Counted from the first letter of the stretch, positions 1-10,397 are shown. The stretch: DNA of 25,854 nucleotides from Armatimonadia bacterium (GCA_039683575.1 JBDKRC010000169.1:1-25854); one strand, 5' to 3'. Numbers and translations: made by a program. Notes: a model not told the origin generated them from the letters alone.

Positions 1-272
1 GGGGGTGATACACCCCCCGCCCCGCTTCTCAGTCTGAGCCCGCTGGACCGTCTCCCCGATCCTCGGCAATCTTCCCTGTATGGCAGGTCGCGGGTCACCG
101 TCTGCAGCTTTCCAGAGTCGTCCAGAGCTTCTGCACACTGAGTGAGCCTACTAACATACATGGGTACAGCGCCTCAGTGTTGTGGACAACTAGGTGGAGG
201 GCTGGCGCGGGATGGCATAGGCTGGGCTGGCCGCTGAGCAGGGCCGCGCCGGCCGCCAAAACCGTACACGCC

Positions 273-571
273 CCACTTGCGCATCATCCAACACAGCCAC
301 GAGTGGTCGTTCATGATCCGCAGCACGCGCTTGGGGCTGACTTGCTAGCCCCGCCGATCGGGTTTGCGCGTCACTCGGCGATTGCCATAGGCCGGGCATC
401 CCGTGACGGACTTTCCAATCTCCTCCTCAGCACCAGATCGGCTGCGGTCCGGGGCGCCGGGCGCTGGTAGCACCAACTGCGGGACACGCCGGTCAACTCA
501 CAGGCGCGGCTGGCAGGGAGCTCGCCGCGCTCGGCAGTCACGCTTTCGGCCGGAGCAGCGAAGCTGCTCAC
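273..571 (-). pseudogene. IS3 transposase OrfB N-terminal fragment (HTH_21-like), frameshifted, internal stop, truncated
   Basis: GTGA overlap with the OrfA stop. Reads LPASRACELTGVSRSWCY, shifts frame near 421-430, then EEIGKSVTGCPAYGNRRVTRKPDRRG*QVSPKRVLRIM (TAG at 345-347). This matches the YGxRR...VNHKRVxRLM pattern of IS3 OrfB. Confidence 0.75.
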
Positions 572-843
572 GGAAGAGAGAGCCAAGCCCGCTTGACGCA
601 GCGCTTGAAGAAGTCGGCCTCCAGTCCGGCGCTGTGCTGCTCGGCGGCACGCAATTGACGGCTGGCTTCCTGGATGGTCGGCCCTACTGGCGTGGCAGCC
701 TGCTGATACGCTTGGCGCCAACGACCGAACAGGTAGCGGCCCAGACGGTACGCGCGGCAGATCTCGACGAGCGTCCGCCCAACGATGAGGCGCTCTTCGA
801 CGACCTTGAGCCTGAACTCGGGGGTAGATATACAACGCGTGCT
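568..843 (-). pseudogene. IS3 transposase OrfA (HTH_Tnp_1-like), start codon lost
   Basis: Frame absent from the ORF track, translated by hand: STRCISTPEFRLKVVEERLIVGRTLVEICRAYRLGRYLFGRWRQAY...LEADFFKRCVKRAWLSLP*. AGGAGG lies at 853-858 (-) with no ATG after it. Confidence 0.75.
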
Positions 844-1089
844 CGCTCGGCTCCTCCTGAGGGCCTATCGTCTTCTTCGATGATGAGCCGAATGCCCCTC
901 CTGCGCCGCGACGGCTGCCCGAATCATGGCGTGCACACTCACACGACCATATAATCACGCAGGAGCTGGAGCGGGCTTCCGACCATTGCCCGGTGATAGC
1001 GACATTGGAGTTGATTTGGTGTGCATGGAATTCGGCCTATGCCCCACTCTCCAACTCTCCGCCCCTGAATACCGCAGTCGATCAGGAAC

Positions 1090-1447
1090 GCCCCACAGCC
1101 AGCGGTGCGGCCCGAACCGGCGGCACAGGTCCGGCCAGCCGCCAGCATGTGCTGCAGCGTCAGTGCGGGGTTGAACTGTGGCTCGCGACCGTCGGGGGTG
1201 ACGAACCACGCGGGGGGCAGTTCGGATGTCCCGCGATTTCATGCATTAGCACATCATTGCCGAGGTGCGCGGAGGTTTGCAGGCAGGCACGGTGCCGGAC
1301 TAACGCGGCGCTAATGTGCCACCGCGTCATCTCGGCCTGCAGGCCCGCCACGTCGGGCACGCGATCCGCAGGGGGCACCAGGCGAGCCCCCACCAACGCG
1401 TCGCAGGCGATCAGCCCCCCGCAGGGCGGGAGTTCAGGTCCTGTCAT
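1090..1447 (-). pseudogene. Amidohydrolase_2-like TIM-barrel hydrolase remnant
   Basis: Three frames join into one protein: MTGPELPPCGGLIACDALVG...LQAEMTRWHISAALVRH...GNDVLMHEIAGHP / LPPAWFVTPDGREPQFNPALTLQHMLAAG / PDLCRRFGPHRWLWG. The last block resembles the C-terminal xFGxxRLLFG strand of this family. Confidence 0.6.
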
Positions 1448-1504
1448 GGCACGTTCGTTTTGCTTCGTTGAGATGCACGATGCGTACCCGTCGGGCTTCC
1501 CCGG

Positions 1505-1513
1505 ATTATAGCA
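1505..1513 (-). promoter_or_regulatory. Extended -10 sigma70-type promoter element
   Basis: Perfect TGCTATAAT (TGnTATAAT) on the minus strand, about 58 nt upstream of the ATG at 1447, in otherwise GC-rich DNA. No clear -35. Confidence 0.55.
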
Positions 1514-1646
1514 ACGCCATTGTGTCGCCTCGATTACCAGTGCCGCGATCTTCTCCACCGCCTCGCGCGAGCCTCGCAGCCCCCCCAGTTCAGTCCAAAC
1601 CGTTGAGTTGCTTGATGATCTCTGAGAGTGTCTCGACGATGGGCAG

Positions 1647-4174
1647 CTAACCTCCGAGCTTCCCAATCCAGCGGATCATTTCGTCGCGCACTGCGTCGAG
1701 GTCGGCCGTGGACATGTTCAGCGTGTCGAGCCACCGGCCCGCCTTTCTGGCCTGCTCCTGCTTCATGGAAGAGCCGGTCTTCGCGCGCTCGATCAACAAC
1801 AGGAGGGTGGAAGCGTAGCGGAGATCGTCTTGCCCCTCTCGGAAACCCTCCAGCGCCATGGTGCCGACGACGCCATCCACGGTGGGATAGGCAAGGCAGT
1901 GATCGCGGTAGGTATCGTCGTCGAAGTCGTTCCACTGCGTGCCTGAGGAGTCCATGAAGCAGTAGGTGCAGGCCCCGTCGTAGTCCAGCCGCCACAGGTA
2001 CAGGCCGTAGTTGCGGCGGTACAACTCGGGGTCCTCGGCCGGGGTCTGGGGGTTGGCGTAGTTCCAGATCTTGTGGCCGCGCTCATGCCAGCGGGCGGCG
2101 TTGTCGGCGGCGGGTTCCCCGGCGCGGTTGAAGAGGTCGAGCAGGTCGCCGACGGCCTCAAACTGCCCGTGGAAGCCCGAGACGATGACCTTGCCCCCGG
2201 CTTCGTGCACCGCACCCCAGGCGATGCGCTCGGACTTCAGCGTCTCGCCCCTGGCCTCGTCGATCCCATAGAAGTACACGCCGGTGAAGCCATATTCCGC
2301 GGCGATGCGGATGGTCTTGGCGATGTTGGCCTTCAGTTCAGCCAGAGCCGCGGGGTCGGTCGGCGCACCGATGACGGACGAGTCTGCGAAATAGAGCGGG
2401 CGCTTGGACATTCCTAGTTCGCGCATGATCTGCAGGTGCCGGCGGAAGAATGGCTCGTCCTTGTAGACGATGCCCGGCGACCAGATCATCGCCGGGGCAA
2501 CGATGCCATGGTCGTACATTAGCTTCAGCTCGGCGCGGAATTGCTGTTCGGTCTTGAGCTTGTAGCCGATGCCACCCTCGCCGGTTCTGTCCAGCTCGCC
2601 CCAGTAGTACAGGCTGCCTGTGAAGGGCTGGGTGAGGTCGTAGTGGGTTAGCGGAGATTGCAGGCGGAAGGGCAGCACCTGCAGCGAGAGCGGGACATTG
2701 CCAAGACGCGTGCCAGCGGCGGTGAGGACCACGTTGCCTTGATAAAGGCCGGGCTTTGCGTTGGCCGGCACACTCACGGTGACCCAGACCTGCTTGTTCT
2801 GCCCGGCGGGCAGGTCGGCCGGCTGCAAAGTGGCCGCGTCCCTCACCGGGAAGTCCGTCCGCTTCAGGTTGCTGCCCCAGGACTGCTTCGGCGGCGCGGG
2901 GTCATCGATCGAGACATAGCGGGTGCCCGTGGGGAAGCTGAGCTTCAATTCGTTGTGTCTGGTCTCAAGGTCCACCCGCACGAGCGAGTCGTCGTGGAGC
3001 AGGAGTTCGGGGACGAGGACCTTGTGCTGGCGGTCCTGGGAGACACCACGCGGGGCGGTGCCTGCCTGGTACCAGCACTTGACCCAGCGCACATCGGCAG
3101 TGCCCGAGGAGATAGTGCCGCCGGGGCCTTTGAGGTCGGTGACCTTCACCATGGCGGAGGCCACAGCCTCTGTTGCCCACAGGACCAGGCTGGCCGACTC
3201 CGTCTCCCCGGCGCAGGCGGTCAGGGAGAGCTTGCCCAGTTGCGCTCCAGGCAGGACCGGGGTGTTGGGTAGAACCATCTGCGAGGAGACAGGCCGGGTG
3301 GAATACGCCAGCAGGCGCTGGGTGGTCACGGCCCCATTCCTCAGCCCCGCCGCGGCCTCGGTAAGACGCGCGAGGTAGGTCGCGGGTCTGCCCAGCCGCC
3401 GGTCCAGGTCCTTGCTGCCGGGCTCCAACTTCTCGCAGGCAGTAAGATCAGCTGTGATCCCCTGCAATTGCTGGCCAATGACCGCCTGCCAGGCCTTCGC
3501 CAGCGGGGTTTGGGGCAAGCCGGACGCGGCGCGGGCGAGTTGCTCGTTCAGCGTGCGGTACTTCGAAGCTCCGCGGCCACCAGCGCGCTCGCCGGGCGGG
3601 CGAGGTCCACGACGCGGATATCAGACAGCAGCGAGGTCGTGTTGGCCTTGGGGCTGTGGTGAAACCAGATGGTGATCGCACGGGTGTACTCGGGGAACCA
3701 GCCGGAGACGAGGAGCGTGTTCTCGATCCACTGTGGCCCCTCGCGGGACTGCACCTGCCGCGCATAGGGCTTCCCCTGCTTGCCCTCAACGTCGAAGAAG
3801 TCGATGCGCAGATAGAGCGGATCGCCGCCCGAGACGAAGCGGGTCTTCCAGCAGACGGCGATAGGATGGCCGGGTGCAACGGAGATGTGCTGCTTGAGGA
3901 TCAGGTCCTCGTTGTCCTGGTCGGAAGAGGTGACTTTGGCGCACTTACCGCCGTCGGGGTTGTCGGCGAGGCTCCACCCCTGGTCAGCCTTCCAGTTGCC
4001 AAGATCGCCATCGAAGCGCTCGCCGAAGAGCACGTCGCCGGGTGGCTCCTTGTCCCACAACCGCGCCATGAGGGCGTTGGCGGCGTCTTCGAGGGTCATC
4101 GCTGTGGAGGGGATGGCGGAGAAACAGAGAACCACGCATAGAAGGAAGACCACATACTTCGACATGATATGCAT
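1647..4174 (-). CDS. Secreted GH123-like (DUF4091-type C-terminus) glycoside hydrolase with N-terminal CBM4/9-like domain; one frameshift near 3564-3568 joins ORFs 3548..4174 and 1647..3518 (~840 aa)
   Basis: GGAGG precedes ATG 4174, followed by a signal peptide and a beta-sandwich ending LLSDIRVVDL. The downstream frame has ACAGETESASL (GH123 N-domain-like), YFYGIDE and ALEGFREGQDDLRY (DUF4091-like). TTG 3518 has no RBS and its frame continues upstream as SKYRTLNEQLARAASGL. Confidence 0.75.
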
Positions 4175-4420
4175 TTGATACCCTCCATTGGGATCGGCCA
4201 GAAGCCGCTATCCATGCGGTCTACGCGGTGGCAAGCCTTGTGGGGTCAGTTCGTTGAGCACGGACTCGGCGGCACCCCGCTCCATACCCGATGCAATCCG
4301 TATCATAGACATTCGCAGACCGGCTTCTCTCACCTCCTCTGGGTAGTCGCCGAGAGAGCCTCACGGGGGACAGAAGGGGGATGCCCGTACTCCAGGGAAC
4401 CCTAGCTCCGGAGGTGCCAC

Positions 4421-6775
4421 ATGCGTTTGCTGCTCCTGTGTATGGTCGTGGTGTCGGCGGCCGAAGTGGCCGGGGCGGAGTACCCGACGCCACAGCAGGC
4501 GGGGTTTCATCACTGCGTGCTGATCTACGAGTGCAAGGTTCGGGGGCCCGAGCAGTTCGCCTACTACGTCGCCAACGACAAGGGCTACCTGTTTGATGCC
4601 TTTCTCTTCCTGCACCAGCTCACGAAGAGCGGCAAGTCCACCTTCTATGGTGATATGCAGAAGGCCGACTGGGAGAGCGAACTCGAGACGTGGTTTGCGC
4701 CTGGGCGTGACCTGCACGCCCTGGATGAAGCTCTCGAACAGGCGAAGCAGAAGCATGGGCCGGCGCCCAGGCGGCAAGTGATGCTCTCCATCCCCTACCC
4801 GAACGCCAAGGTGAAGGACTTCGGGGATGTGGATGGTGACGGGATTGGCGAGAACCTGGCTACCTCAGAGGGGCGGGCAAAGGTCGCGAAGTGGTATATG
4901 GAGGCGGCAGCCCGGCGCTTCGCGCAGGCGGGTTTCCGCCATCTGGAGTTCTGGGGCCTGTATTGGATGAATGAGGGAGCGTCCGACGCCGATATAGCGG
5001 TAATCCGGCAGTTCTCGGACGCCGTGCATGCAGCAGGCAAGCGGATGCTGTGGATTCCCTGGTACCTGGGGCCGGGCTGGCAGCGCTGGCGGGACATGGG
5101 GGTGGATGTGGCGATCATGCAGCCCAACTACGCCTTCCTGACGATCCACCGCGGGAGCATCCAGCGTAACCGGCTCATCGCCAACGCGCGCTTTGCTCGC
5201 CAGGAGGGCCTGGGCGTGGAGATCGAGATGCCCATGGGCTGGCGGCTGCCCGGCGGGCCGCTGCTGTTCCGCCACTATCTCCGGGACGGCGCTGCGGATC
5301 GTGAAGGCTATCAACAGGCGGCCACCGCCTACTACCTTAACAGCACTACGGTCGAGGAACTGGGCGCTTCCACCGACCCGAGAGAGCAGGCGCTGTACGC
5401 GGACCTGTGCGCCTACGTCCAGAACCAGACGGCGGCTGAGCCAGACGTGGCGGTGAAGTGGCTTGTGCGGGGCAAGGCAGCGCCCTGGTTGGGCGACCAC
5501 CGGCAGGATGAGGGCCACCCCGTCCTGGAGACCGAGGCAACGGTGCCGCGCCGGATGTACGGGACGCTGGAGGTAATGTTCTACGAGCCGGAGGAAGCCT
5601 GGCGAGGGACCGTGATCGTGGAGGGGCAGAGCAAGGCGGGTGCCCCGTGGCAGCCGGCGGGTTGGGCGTTGCGGTCCCAGCGGGCCGAGCGCGACGGGCC
5701 ATGGCAGGCGCTTTCGGTGCCCCTAGCGGGTGTCTGGGAACGGCTGCGGGTGAGGTTCTCCGGCGCCTCTGAGCCGCCGTGCGTCTCCGAGTTGACGCCT
5801 CAGCCTCCCCTCTTCGAAGGTGCCGTGCATCTGGCTCAGGAGGCTCCCTACACCTGGAGCGGCCCGGCACAGCCGCTCTACGGTGACAGCGGCGGCGAGC
5901 TCACCGATGGCCGCATCCCAGAGACCGGCTTCCCCTCCGGGGAGACAGTGGGCTGGACGGGGCCGCCTGTGACCATCAGCTTCGATCTGCAGGCCCCAAC
6001 CGAGCTCACACATGCGGAAGTGCATCTCCAGGGCGGTTCCTATGCGGCTGTGAATTGGCCGCGGTCAGCGGTCATGATGGTCAGCGACAAGGAACCGGCC
6101 CGGCGAACGGCGGGCCCGGGCGCCCCTCCGAGCAACCTCACGTGGCTGGGGCCCGAACCAGTGGTGATAGACCGCAAGCGCTCGGAGACCGATCTTGATG
6201 GCCACCTGACCTTCCGCCCCTCGCGGCCTGTGCGTGGCAGATACGTCGCTTTCGTCATGGAGCCAATAGTGCACCTGATGGTCTCGGAGATCCGCCTCTT
6301 CAGCGGCGGACAGAACATCGCCGCTGGCCGAGAGTATGTGCTGCAGCCCCTGCCCAGCCCCAAGCAAGTGCCAGAGAGCTACCCCGATGACGGCCGCAAG
6401 CTCACGGACGGACAGATCACGGCCTTTGCTCCGCGGGCGGTAGTAGGCTGGCGCGATGAAGTTGAGCACACTGTGGTAGTGGATCTGCAGGGCCTGTGTC
6501 GCGTGGATCAGGTACTGGTCTGGACCATGAGCGGATCGGGCTACGGCATCGTGCCTCTATCCTCGGCCACCGTATCTCTGTCGGCCGACGGGCAAACCTG
6601 GCAGGAGGCTGGTACGGCGGAGCCGGCAGTGGTGCCTCCCACCCCCTCCACGCCCTGTGCGTGCACTGTCGACACTAAGGGGCAGATGGCGCGCTATGTG
6701 CGAGTGGTGGCAAGACGCGGCGAGGGCTGGGGGATGCTGTCGGAGATCGAGGTGCGTGGCGACCGGGTCAAATAG
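4421..6775 (+). CDS. Secreted DUF4855 (putative glycoside hydrolase) protein with C-terminal F5/8 type C (discoidin)-like domains
   Basis: GGAGG RBS and signal peptide. Motifs YLFDAFLFL, GLYWMNE, MLWIPW, DVAIMQPNY and LGVEIE. Two repeats YxDxGxxLTDGxI...VGW...DLQ, ending SEIRLF and SEIEV. Confidence 0.8.
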   Translation: MRLLLLCMVVVSAAEVAGAEYPTPQQAGFHHCVLIYECKVRGPEQFAYYVANDKGYLFDAFLFLHQLTKSGKSTFYGDMQKADWESELETWFAPGRDLHALDEALEQAKQKHGPAPRRQVMLSIPYPNAKVKDFGDVDGDGIGENLATSEGRAKVAKWYMEAAARRFAQAGFRHLEFWGLYWMNEGASDADIAVIRQFSDAVHAAGKRMLWIPWYLGPGWQRWRDMGVDVAIMQPNYAFLTIHRGSIQRNRLIANARFARQEGLGVEIEMPMGWRLPGGPLLFRHYLRDGAADREGYQQAATAYYLNSTTVEELGASTDPREQALYADLCAYVQNQTAAEPDVAVKWLVRGKAAPWLGDHRQDEGHPVLETEATVPRRMYGTLEVMFYEPEEAWRGTVIVEGQSKAGAPWQPAGWALRSQRAERDGPWQALSVPLAGVWERLRVRFSGASEPPCVSELTPQPPLFEGAVHLAQEAPYTWSGPAQPLYGDSGGELTDGRIPETGFPSGETVGWTGPPVTISFDLQAPTELTHAEVHLQGGSYAAVNWPRSAVMMVSDKEPARRTAGPGAPPSNLTWLGPEPVVIDRKRSETDLDGHLTFRPSRPVRGRYVAFVMEPIVHLMVSEIRLFSGGQNIAAGREYVLQPLPSPKQVPESYPDDGRKLTDGQITAFAPRAVVGWRDEVEHTVVVDLQGLCRVDQVLVWTMSGSGYGIVPLSSATVSLSADGQTWQEAGTAEPAVVPPTPSTPCACTVDTKGQMARYVRVVARRGEGWGMLSEIEVRGDRVK

Positions 6776-6904
6776 GATGCCGGGCCTCCAAAGGAGCCCA
6801 TTTGCGCTGGAACGATGGTGTGAGAAGGGGTGCTGGACACGATCTGAGGTAACTCGTTGCGATGCGCCGCGTGCGCCTGCTGTTTCCCGAAGGGAGAGCG
6901 CTTG

Positions 6905-9900
6905 ATGAACAGGTTTGCGGTTGTGCTGATGGTGGTTGCCTCACTGTGTGGCAGTTTCGCCTGGGCTCAGGATTGGTACGGGCCTGTGGACCCGCATCTG
7001 GCCGAAGTGGAAACGGACCACAAGGTGCAGGCGGAGTTTGTGACGCCGCACACCGACTGGGGCTCGCCCTGGGCGTCGGGCAAAGCGCGGGTACTGTTCT
7101 TCGTCAACGGGCGCGGGACGGCGGCGCGCGAGGTCACCGAGCTTACGCAGCGTTTCGACCTTGAGCCGCAGATGGTGTTCTGGGCGCGGCTGATCGACAG
7201 CACGGTCGACGCGTGGCATGGGGGAGAGGAGGGGCTGCAGCGGATAGACCGGCTGCTGGGCGAGAAGTGGGATGCGTTCGTATTCCTGGGCATCCCGGTG
7301 GAGAAGCTGAGTTCTGAGCAGCAGTTCAAGCTGCTAGAGCAGGTGGCAAACGGTGCGGGGCTGGTGCTGTCGGGAGTGGATGACAAGCGGGTGCTCAAGC
7401 CTTCGAACCAGTTGAAGCCGCTGCCGACGATGCTCGCAGCGGGGCCAGTGGGAGAGGCGTTCAAGCTACGCCAGGGGCGGGGGTTGCGCCTACCGGGCCA
7501 GCCGAAGATTGATTACGCACCGGGTTGGGAAGTCACCTACGACTACTGGGCGCAGCGGCTCGGGCGGGGGATTCTGTGGGCGGCCGGCAAGGAGCCGCAA
7601 GTGCAGTTGACACTGGAGCAGCGGGAGCCAGAGGTGCAGCGGTTGAGCCTGCCGAGCCCGGAGGTTACGGTGCGATGGAAGGCTCCGGCGAACTGCAATA
7701 ACCTCCGCTTCGACGTGCGCTTGCGGCGTGAGGATGGCTGGGAAATGGCGCTGCCGCGGGTCGCGGCTGGCACTGTAGAGGGGTCTGCGGCAGTGCAGGT
7801 GCCCGTGGTGCGAGCGGGCGGGTATCATCTGGATGTCATTGCCCGAAGCAGCGCCGGAGTGGAGAACTTCGCGAGCGCCACTTTCAGTGTGATCAGCCCC
7901 CGGCTGATCGGGGAGGTCAAGCTGGATCAGCCCTGGAGCGAGGTGGGCGGGAAACTGAGCGGTAAGGTGAGCCTGGCCGGGCCGAGCGGCGGGGCCGACG
8001 AGCGCCTGATCGTGAGCTTGCTGGATCGAAGGGGGCGGGAGCTGCAGCGCCAGATTGACAGCCCGGTGGCAACACAGGGCAACTTCAGCTTCCCGGTCGC
8101 TTCGTGGCTGCCGATGCTGGTGACTGTGCGGGCGACGCTGGTGCAGGGGACGCAGGAAGTGTCGAGCGGGTGGGCGTTTGCGAACGTCACCAAGCGCAAC
8201 CGGGGGCAGTTCAACTTCTTGATGTGGGACATGCCGACGGGGACGTTGGCGCCGTATGCGGAGGAGAGCCTCGCGCGGCAGAGCGTGTCGCTGCAGCTTG
8301 GCTCGGGCGTGCCGGCTCGGTATGTGGCGGCCCAGGACATTGCGTGGGTGCCCTATACGACCGATATCTCGGCGAAGAAGGACGAGCAGGGCGTCATGAA
8401 GCCGATGTGCTGGAATGACGAGGCACAGGTGCAGGCGCACGTGGACGGCATTGTCGCCAAGCAGGTCGAGACCAGCCATCACGGGGTGTTTGCGTACTCG
8501 CTGGGTGATGAGATTGCGGTGCGTGGGTCGTGCCTGAGCCCGTACTGCCGGGCAGCCTACCAGCGTTATCTGGAGCAGGAGTATGGCAAGATTGGGGCAC
8601 TGAACCAGTCGTGGGGGACTCAGTATAACAGTTTCGGCGAGGTGGAGTTGTCGAAGCCGGATGATGATGGCGAGAGCGAGGCGTTCCGGGCGGGGAATTT
8701 CCCGCGCTGGTTCGACCGGCAGGCTTACCAGTCATACAACTTCTGCAAGCTGTGCGAGCGGTTCCGCGACGGGTTCAGGCGTATCGACCCGCAGTCCATC
8801 TGCGGCTTTGAGGGAGCGGGGCGCTTTCAGGACGGCGACGATCTGGATGGGTTTGTGCGGTCCAATACCTTCTGGTCACCATATTCAGGGACGGCTGACG
8901 AAGTGTTGCGGTCAATTGCGCCGAGGGATTTCCCGCGCGCGAACTGGATGGGGTACACCAAGGAGGCGGACTCACTGCTGCTGCAATACTGGCGGATGGT
9001 GACCCGGGGCTGCGACGCGGTCTGGTGGTGGCGGTGGGAGTGCATTGGCCGCTACCACGGGTGGCTGTCGCCGAACCTCGATCCGTACCCGGCGGTGAAG
9101 GAGATACTAAAGGACACGCAGGTGGTGCGTGAGGGGCTGGGCGACCTGCTGCTGAAGTCCGAGATGCTCGACGACAGCGTCGGTGTGATGTTCTCACAGC
9201 CGTCGGCATACGCGACCAAGGTGCAGCAGTCGCCGTCGTATGGCAGCTACCAGGGGGAGCATGCCGCGTGGCACAGCACCATCCGGGAGTTGGGGCTCAA
9301 CTTCCGTTACTTTACCGACCGGCAGATGCGGTTCGGCGAGGCGAAGCTCGAGCGGTTCAAGATCATCATCCTGCCCCAGACGCAGGCGCTGGGGGCGAAG
9401 GAGGCAGGGCTGCTGCGGGAATGGGTGCGGGGTGGGGGAGTGCTGGTGGCTGATGTGCGGCCGGGAATCTATGACGGACATGTCAAGCCACTCAGCGCGG
9501 GCTCGCTTGATGACGTCTTTGGCGTGAAGCGCATCAAGTTCGATAGCGCGGCGGTGGCGGATGTGAAGATCGACGGGGTGTTGGCAGGCCGCGAGGTGAA
9601 GGTGGACGTGGTGAAGGCGCGGGTAGACCCGGGGATCGAGGCAGCGGGCGCCCAGAAGCTCGGACAGGCCGGCGAGACGCCGGTATTCCTGGTGAATAGC
9701 TTCGGCAAGGGGAAGGCGATATTGCTTAATCTGAGCATCGGCTCGTATCCGGCGCTCGCCTCAGAGACGACGTCGGAGGCCGCTGCTGAGGCCATCAAGG
9801 CCCTCTTTGCCCTCGCGCAGGTTCAGCCGGCGGCCGTTTTGCAAGATGCTTCCGGCCAGCGGCTCCGGAATGTGGAGGTCACCCGTTGGCGCAACGGGGA

Positions 9901-10396
9901 TACCGAACTGGTGTCGGTGTTCCGGCAGAAGGGTATCGCGCAGCCCGCCCGGATGACGCTCAGCGGGGGCCAGCGCCTCTATGATCTGAAGGGTCGCAAG
10001 GATCTGGGGCAGAAGGGCAGCTACGAATTGCAGATTACGCCTTCGCGGGCGCAGTTCTTCGCGCTCTCGGCCCAACCCGCCTCGGCGGTCGTGGTCGAAC
10101 CGCTACCGACGGCCCAGGTGCAGGTGCAGCCAACCGTGGCACCCGGTGGGTTGATGCGGGTGTGGGTCAGCTTCCCGAAGGCCAGCGGCACGCTGGCCGC
10201 GTATCTGCGCGTCAAGCAGCCCAATGGGCAGCCGGCGGAGTGGCTCGACCAGGTCATCGTCGCAGGGGCCAAGCCGGTGACGGTGGACTTGCCGGTAGCC
10301 TTCAACGATCCGCAGGGCCTCTGGACCATCAGCGCGACCGAATTGTGCAGCAACCGCACCGCGACCTGCCGGTTCGCGGTCAGGCAGGGGAAATAG
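6905..10396 (+). CDS. Secreted GH42-like protein with beta-galactosidase trimerization (glutamine-amidotransferase-like) domain
   Basis: The likely start is ATG 6905 (GGGAGAG upstream, signal peptide ending AWA-Q), not 6857. Motifs SLGDEI, SCLSPYC, YLEQEYGKIGALNQSWGTQYNSF (GH42-like) and FKIIILP...LREWVRGGGVLVAD (trimerization-domain-like). Confidence 0.75.
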   Translation: MNRFAVVLMVVASLCGSFAWAQDWYGPVDPHLAEVETDHKVQAEFVTPHTDWGSPWASGKARVLFFVNGRGTAAREVTELTQRFDLEPQMVFWARLIDSTVDAWHGGEEGLQRIDRLLGEKWDAFVFLGIPVEKLSSEQQFKLLEQVANGAGLVLSGVDDKRVLKPSNQLKPLPTMLAAGPVGEAFKLRQGRGLRLPGQPKIDYAPGWEVTYDYWAQRLGRGILWAAGKEPQVQLTLEQREPEVQRLSLPSPEVTVRWKAPANCNNLRFDVRLRREDGWEMALPRVAAGTVEGSAAVQVPVVRAGGYHLDVIARSSAGVENFASATFSVISPRLIGEVKLDQPWSEVGGKLSGKVSLAGPSGGADERLIVSLLDRRGRELQRQIDSPVATQGNFSFPVASWLPMLVTVRATLVQGTQEVSSGWAFANVTKRNRGQFNFLMWDMPTGTLAPYAEESLARQSVSLQLGSGVPARYVAAQDIAWVPYTTDISAKKDEQGVMKPMCWNDEAQVQAHVDGIVAKQVETSHHGVFAYSLGDEIAVRGSCLSPYCRAAYQRYLEQEYGKIGALNQSWGTQYNSFGEVELSKPDDDGESEAFRAGNFPRWFDRQAYQSYNFCKLCERFRDGFRRIDPQSICGFEGAGRFQDGDDLDGFVRSNTFWSPYSGTADEVLRSIAPRDFPRANWMGYTKEADSLLLQYWRMVTRGCDAVWWWRWECIGRYHGWLSPNLDPYPAVKEILKDTQVVREGLGDLLLKSEMLDDSVGVMFSQPSAYATKVQQSPSYGSYQGEHAAWHSTIRELGLNFRYFTDRQMRFGEAKLERFKIIILPQTQALGAKEAGLLREWVRGGGVLVADVRPGIYDGHVKPLSAGSLDDVFGVKRIKFDSAAVADVKIDGVLAGREVKVDVVKARVDPGIEAAGAQKLGQAGETPVFLVNSFGKGKAILLNLSIGSYPALASETTSEAAAEAIKALFALAQVQPAAVLQDASGQRLRNVEVTRWRNGDTELVSVFRQKGIAQPARMTLSGGQRLYDLKGRKDLGQKGSYELQITPSRAQFFALSAQPASAVVVEPLPTAQVQVQPTVAPGGLMRVWVSFPKASGTLAAYLRVKQPNGQPAEWLDQVIVAGAKPVTVDLPVAFNDPQGLWTISATELCSNRTATCRFAVRQGK

Positions 10397-10397
10397 C

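Larger units (their letters stand above)
161..957 (-). mobile_element. Degenerate, internally deleted IS3-family insertion sequence (~800 bp)
   Basis: Bounded by TG...CA. The ends are imperfect inverted repeats: TGGGTACAGCGCCTCAGTGTTGTGGAC at 161 (+) versus TGATTATATGGTCGTGTGAGTGTGCAC read inward from 957 (-). Contains OrfA-like and partial OrfB-like frames but no DDE core. No target duplication seen. Confidence 0.75.

Noticed and set aside
1-160. Hairpin GGGGGTG-ata-CACCCCC (1-17), palindrome CTCAGTCTGAG and repeated TCCAGAG
   Set aside because: Short, at the window edge, no regular spacing. Not supportable as CRISPR, terminator or ncRNA.
371-958. ORFs 371..958 (-) and 403..954 (+) as real proteins
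   Set aside because: They are off-frame or antisense readings of the IS3 remnant. Only the last ~65 codons of the minus ORF match OrfB.
4295-4310. Overlapping -10-like hexamers TATCAT (+) and TATGAT (-) in the divergent region
   Set aside because: Plausible, but no -35 or extended -10 support; cannot be separated from chance.
6782-6799. Hairpin GGGCCTCC-AAA-GGAGCCC after the DUF4855 gene as a terminator
   Set aside because: Bulged short stem with only ATTTG after it; too weak to call.
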